Shown piece after piece: positions 15,235 to 17,382 of a stretch of DNA of 17,382 nt; position 1 is the stretch's first letter; each line of letters begins with the position of its first letter. The DNA is taken from UHGV virus genome UHGV-0221571; one strand, given 5' to 3'. Below the pieces are notes generated by a model. That model worked only from the letters and a program-made list of their open reading frames with translations, was not told where the DNA came from and searched no databases. A program made the translations under genes and the position numbers. This DNA comes from a virus.

Positions 15235-15711
15235 ATGCAGGTACTAAATTCCCAGCGTAAAGCTTTTCTCGATATGTTGGCGTGGTCAGAAGGAACTGAT
15301 AACGGATGGCAGAAGACCAGAAATCATGGTTATGACGTTATCGTTGGTGGCGAACTGCTTACTGATTACTCCGATCATCCACGTAAGCTGGTTACGCTTA
15401 ACCCGAAACTGAAATCCACCGCCGCCGGGCGTTATCAACTGCTGTCGAAATGGTGGGACGCCTACCGTAAACAGCTTGGACTGAAAGATTTCTCCCCGAA
15501 AAGCCAGGATGCGGTGGCGTTACAGCAGATTAAAGAACGCGGCGCGCTGCCGCTGATTGATCGGGGTGATATTCGTCAGGCTATTGATCGTTGCAGCAAT
15601 ATTTGGGCTTCATTGCCCGGTGCTGGCTACGGTCAGTATGAACACAAGATCGATAGTCTGATTGCCAAATTCAAAGAAGCTGGCGGGGTGGTTAATGAAA
15701 CTTCGCTATAA
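15235..15711 (+). CDS. R: Endolysin, lambda R-type lytic transglycosylase
   Basis: 158-aa product MQVLNSQRKAFLDMLAWSEGTDNGWQKTRNHGYDVIVGGELLTDYSDHPRKLVTLNPKLKSTAAGRYQLLSKWWDAYRKQLGLKDFSPKSQDAVALQQIKERGALPLIDRGDIRQAIDRCSNIWASLPGAGYGQYEHK... closely matches lambda R. Confidence 0.95.
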   Translation: MQVLNSQRKAFLDMLAWSEGTDNGWQKTRNHGYDVIVGGELLTDYSDHPRKLVTLNPKLKSTAAGRYQLLSKWWDAYRKQLGLKDFSPKSQDAVALQQIKERGALPLIDRGDIRQAIDRCSNIWASLPGAGYGQYEHKIDSLIAKFKEAGGVVNETSL

Positions 15712-16087
15712 GCTGGTTATTTCTGCTTTCCTCCTGACTTTATTCGGTTCTCTCGTCTGGTCAGCTAACCACTACCACAGCAAATACCAGCGCGAAAAGA
15801 AACGTGCTGATGAGGCTGTACAAAATGCCGAATCGGCAACCGCTATTACCAATAACGTCCTGCAATCACTGCAAATCGTCAATACAGTTCTGGAGGCTAA
15901 CCAGCATGCAAAACAGCAGATCGCACTGGAGTCACAGAGAACCCAGGCTGATATCAAAGTGGCTGTTGCGGATGATGATTGTGCTGTACGCCCTGTGCCT
16001 GCTGCCGCTGCTGACCGGTTGCGAAAGTTCGCGGACAGTTTACGTGCCAGTTCCGGCTATACCGTTACCGGCGAGTCTGACCGCTGA
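15695..16087 (+). CDS. Rz: Rz-like inner-membrane spanin (i-spanin)
   Basis: From ATG 15695: MKLRYKLVISAFLLTLFGSLVWSANHYHSKYQ..., an N-terminal TM anchor followed by a charged helical region. Overlaps the end of R. The track ORF starts 33 nt earlier. Confidence 0.65.
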   Translation: MKLRYKLVISAFLLTLFGSLVWSANHYHSKYQREKKRADEAVQNAESATAITNNVLQSLQIVNTVLEANQHAKQQIALESQRTQADIKVAVADDDCAVRPVPAAAADRLRKFADSLRASSGYTVTGESDR

Positions 16088-16247
16088 AACCCCGCAACCA
16101 GCCATTTCTGAACCGCTGACTTATGCGGGTAGCCTAGATTTGAATGTCAGTCTGTTGTCGGCGCTAGGGCAGTGCAATCTGGATAAAGCGGGGATCAGAA
16201 GGATAGAGGCGAGCCGGTCAGGTAGAAGTGAATCAGGCTCAAAGTGA
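15972..16247 (+). CDS. Rz1: Rz1-like outer-membrane lipoprotein spanin (o-spanin), +1 frame relative to Rz
   Basis: MMIVLYALCLLPLLTGC... signal with lipobox LLTG|C, followed by a Pro-rich mature region (VPVPAIPLPASLTAETPQP). Begins inside Rz and extends about 160 nt past its stop. Confidence 0.55.
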   Translation: MMIVLYALCLLPLLTGCESSRTVYVPVPAIPLPASLTAETPQPAISEPLTYAGSLDLNVSLLSALGQCNLDKAGIRRIEASRSGRSESGSK

Positions 16248-16317
16248 AGCGGAAAAGGTCTTCGGCATAAGGTGACGTAGTAATAATTACAGTCAACTGA
16301 CTTTTGGAACGAAGCAT
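16195..16317 (-). CDS. Candidate 40-codon ORF with a consensus Shine-Dalgarno, downstream of the T7/SP6-like promoter pair
   Basis: Minus strand: TTAAGGAGGTTCAAC-ATG (AGGAGG, 6-nt spacer). Product MLRSKSQLTVIITTSPYAEDLFRFTLSLIHFYLTGSPLSF, stop at 16197-16195. Antisense to the 3' end of Rz1. Below the ORF-track cut-off. Confidence 0.3.
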   Translation of the reverse strand: MLRSKSQLTVIITTSPYAEDLFRFTLSLIHFYLTGSPLSF

Positions 16318-16360
16318 GTTGAACCTCCTTAATTGATGTTATTTGAGTGAGGAAGGCATT

Positions 16361-16443
16361 CTGTCCTTCTAAAGTGTCACCTAAATCAAGTAGGCAACTC
16401 GTCCAACGCGTTGGACATGCCTCCCCATTAGTGAGTCGTATTG
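16361..16443 (-). promoter_or_regulatory. Tandem T7-like and SP6-like single-subunit phage RNA polymerase promoter sequences flanking a 16-bp palindrome
   Basis: Minus strand 5'-cAATACGACTCACTAATGGGGAGG (plus 16443-16421) against T7 TAATACGACTCACTATAGGGAGA: 14 contiguous identities at -16..-3. Minus strand 5'-ATTTAGGTGACACTTTAGAAGG (plus 16386-16365) against SP6 ATTTAGGTGACACTATAGAAG: one mismatch. Palindrome GTCCAACGCGTTGGAC (16401-16416) between them. Confidence 0.5.
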
Positions 16444-16583
16444 ATTGCGACTCTTCAAAGAATTCATTACTGGAGATATGAAAATGGTTTCACTACGTAT
16501 GGAGGAGGCTGTGTTTATCAGTCCCGCAGGTATTCAATGGGTGCCTGCAATAATGTTTGTGGCGGTAAACGTGTCGTGATGGG

Positions 16584-16617
16584 ATTTTGGTGTCTCGAAA
16601 GCAAAGGAGACACCAAA
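16584..16617 (+). promoter_or_regulatory. Perfect 12-bp inverted repeat enclosing the RBS of the downstream small gene
   Basis: TTTTGGTGTCTC (16584-16595) - gaaagcaaag - GAGACACCAAAA (16606-16617). The SD AAGGAG (16601-16606) lies in the loop/right-arm junction, and the ATG (16618) immediately follows the right arm. Confidence 0.45.
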
Positions 16618-16812
16618 ATGAACTATTCAAACATTATCTGCCCAACCAACCGTCTGCAGGTGACCATTCTGCATGAAAAAGATGTGCTGACTGGTATCGG
16701 TGATGCCATCGGCGAATTGCACACATACCAATGTTCACGGGAGCACGTGTGCAGCTATAGAGAAACGACGGAATGTATTGTAAGAAAGCGGGAGATTCTT
16801 CAAAACAGGTAA
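16618..16812 (+). CDS. Small Cys-containing hypothetical protein (64 aa)
   Basis: ATG 16618 with AAGGAG 11 nt upstream. MNYSNIICPTNRLQVTILHEKDVLTGIGDAIGELHTYQCSREHVCSYRETTECIVRKREILQNR. Followed by a hairpin terminator. The longer track ORF (16441 onward) starts at TTG with no RBS. Confidence 0.5.
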   Translation: MNYSNIICPTNRLQVTILHEKDVLTGIGDAIGELHTYQCSREHVCSYRETTECIVRKREILQNR

Positions 16813-16822
16813 GAACAATCAA

Positions 16823-16852
16823 AGCCATCGGTTATCAACCGGTGGCTTTTTC
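16823..16852 (+). terminator. Intrinsic terminator after the small gene
   Basis: Stem AGCCATCGG / CCGGTGGCT (one G-U pair), 7-nt loop, then TTTTT. Confidence 0.5.
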
Positions 16853-16864
16853 ATTGGAGTAGAT

Positions 16865-17215
16865 ATGCCGCCACGAACACCAAAAGCCTGCCGCGTTCGC
16901 GGTTGCCGCAATACCACTACTGACCCGTCAGGCTATTGCGAAAGCCATAAAAGCGAAGGCTGGAAGCAATACAAGCCAGGACAATCTCGTCATCAGCGCG
17001 GTTATGGTTCGAAGTGGGATGTTATCCGCGTGCGTGTCCTGAAGCGTGACAAAGGCCTGTGTCAGCTATGTCTGCGTGCTGGTGTGGCGCGTGAAGCGAA
17101 AACCGTTGATCACATCATCCCTAAAGCACATGGCGGCACTGATGCCGACAGTAATCTGCAGAGTCTGTGCTGGCCGTGTCATAAGGCGAAGACGGCCCGT
17201 GAACGGCTTAAGTGA
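16865..17215 (+). CDS. HNH homing-type endonuclease (terminase-associated HNH of cos-packaging phages)
   Basis: 116-aa product with an N-terminal Cys cluster (CRVRGC...C) and HNH core VDHIIPKAHGGTDADSNLQSLCWPCHKAKT. GGAG 6 nt upstream. Lies immediately before a terminase-like start. Confidence 0.85.
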   Translation: MPPRTPKACRVRGCRNTTTDPSGYCESHKSEGWKQYKPGQSRHQRGYGSKWDVIRVRVLKRDKGLCQLCLRAGVAREAKTVDHIIPKAHGGTDADSNLQSLCWPCHKAKTARERLK

Positions 17216-17241
17216 TAATAACTCTCAACTGTCTGAGGGGA

Positions 17242-17301
17242 GGGGCGGGTCAAATCTCTGTGACCTGACGTCTTCCGGACTGCCCGCCCCATCGTTTTTT
17301 T
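17242..17301 (+). terminator. GC-rich long-range stem followed by a T7 run; terminator-like or packaging-site-proximal structure
   Basis: GGGGCGGG (17242-17249) ... CCCGCCCC (17283-17290), followed by ATCGTTTTTTT (17291-17301). Confidence 0.4.
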
Positions 17302-17340
17302 ATACCCGCGAAAAATGAAATTTAACCAGGAGTGCCGCAT

Positions 17341-17382
17341 ATGGCTGGAACGGCGGGGCGTTCCGGGCGTCGCCCCAAGCCA
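17341..17382 (+). CDS. 5' end of a probable terminase small subunit; gene continues beyond the window
   Basis: ATG 17341 with AGGAG 8 nt upstream. MAGTAGRSGRRPKP..., a basic N-terminus typical of small terminase subunits. Position after the HNH gene. Confidence 0.35.
   Translation, partial: MAGTAGRSGRRPKP

Noticed and set aside
15015-15957. Minus-strand ORFs 15015-15209 and 15772-15957
   Set aside because: Antisense to holin and Rz. No RBS.
15804-15971. Upstream 56 codons of the Rz1-frame ORF (MLMRLYKMPNRQ...)
   Set aside because: No signal-peptide character; the lipoprotein signal begins at the Met pair at 15972.
16441-16617. Long form of the 123-aa ORF starting at TTG 16441
   Set aside because: No RBS, and it runs through the promoter-like and palindrome elements. 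The ATG at 16618 with a strong SD is the plausible start.
17046-17318. 90-aa ORF overlapping the HNH gene in another frame
   Set aside because: Nested within the HNH gene and spans the terminator-like structure.
1-17382. CRISPR arrays, tRNA/rRNA genes, insertion sequences, integrase or att sites
   Set aside because: No spacer-repeat periodicity, no tRNA-like cloverleaf candidates, no transposase-like ORF or terminal inverted repeats, and no integrase seen. The window appears internal to the prophage.

Overview
This 17.4 kb window reads as a slice of a mosaic lambdoid prophage (lambda-like left arm, DLP12/82-like right arm), probably from an Escherichia/Shigella host. Minus-strand early-left genes come first: a TraR-like fragment, three small early ORFs, exo, bet, gam. 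Then the immunity region: a CI-like S24 repressor (minus) facing Cro-like and YdaT-like CII-analog genes (plus) across an operator-rich divergent promoter. Then replication (O with internal iterons, P), the nin region (NinB/YbcN, NinE, YbcO, RusA, YlcG, Q/QuuD), an nmpC-type porin on the opposite strand, the lysis cassette (holin, R endolysin, Rz/Rz1), an HNH endonuclease and the first codons of a likely terminase small subunit. Four things are not explained by the phage backbone. (1) A visibly AT-rich 535-aa SIR2-like gene sits between the repressor and a second operator cluster, i.e. where lambda carries rexAB. (2) An AT-rich two-gene module (343-aa unknown protein plus a NADAR-domain protein) lies between P and ninB. 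(3) An MT-A70-type DNA methyltransferase gene is broken by an in-frame TAA where the Tyr before the DPPW motif is expected. (4) Near-consensus T7-like and SP6-like promoter sequences lie in tandem around a perfect 16-bp palindrome, upstream of a 40-codon ORF with a consensus Shine-Dalgarno, antisense to the lysis cassette. All calls are from reading the sequence and recalled protein families; no searches were run.
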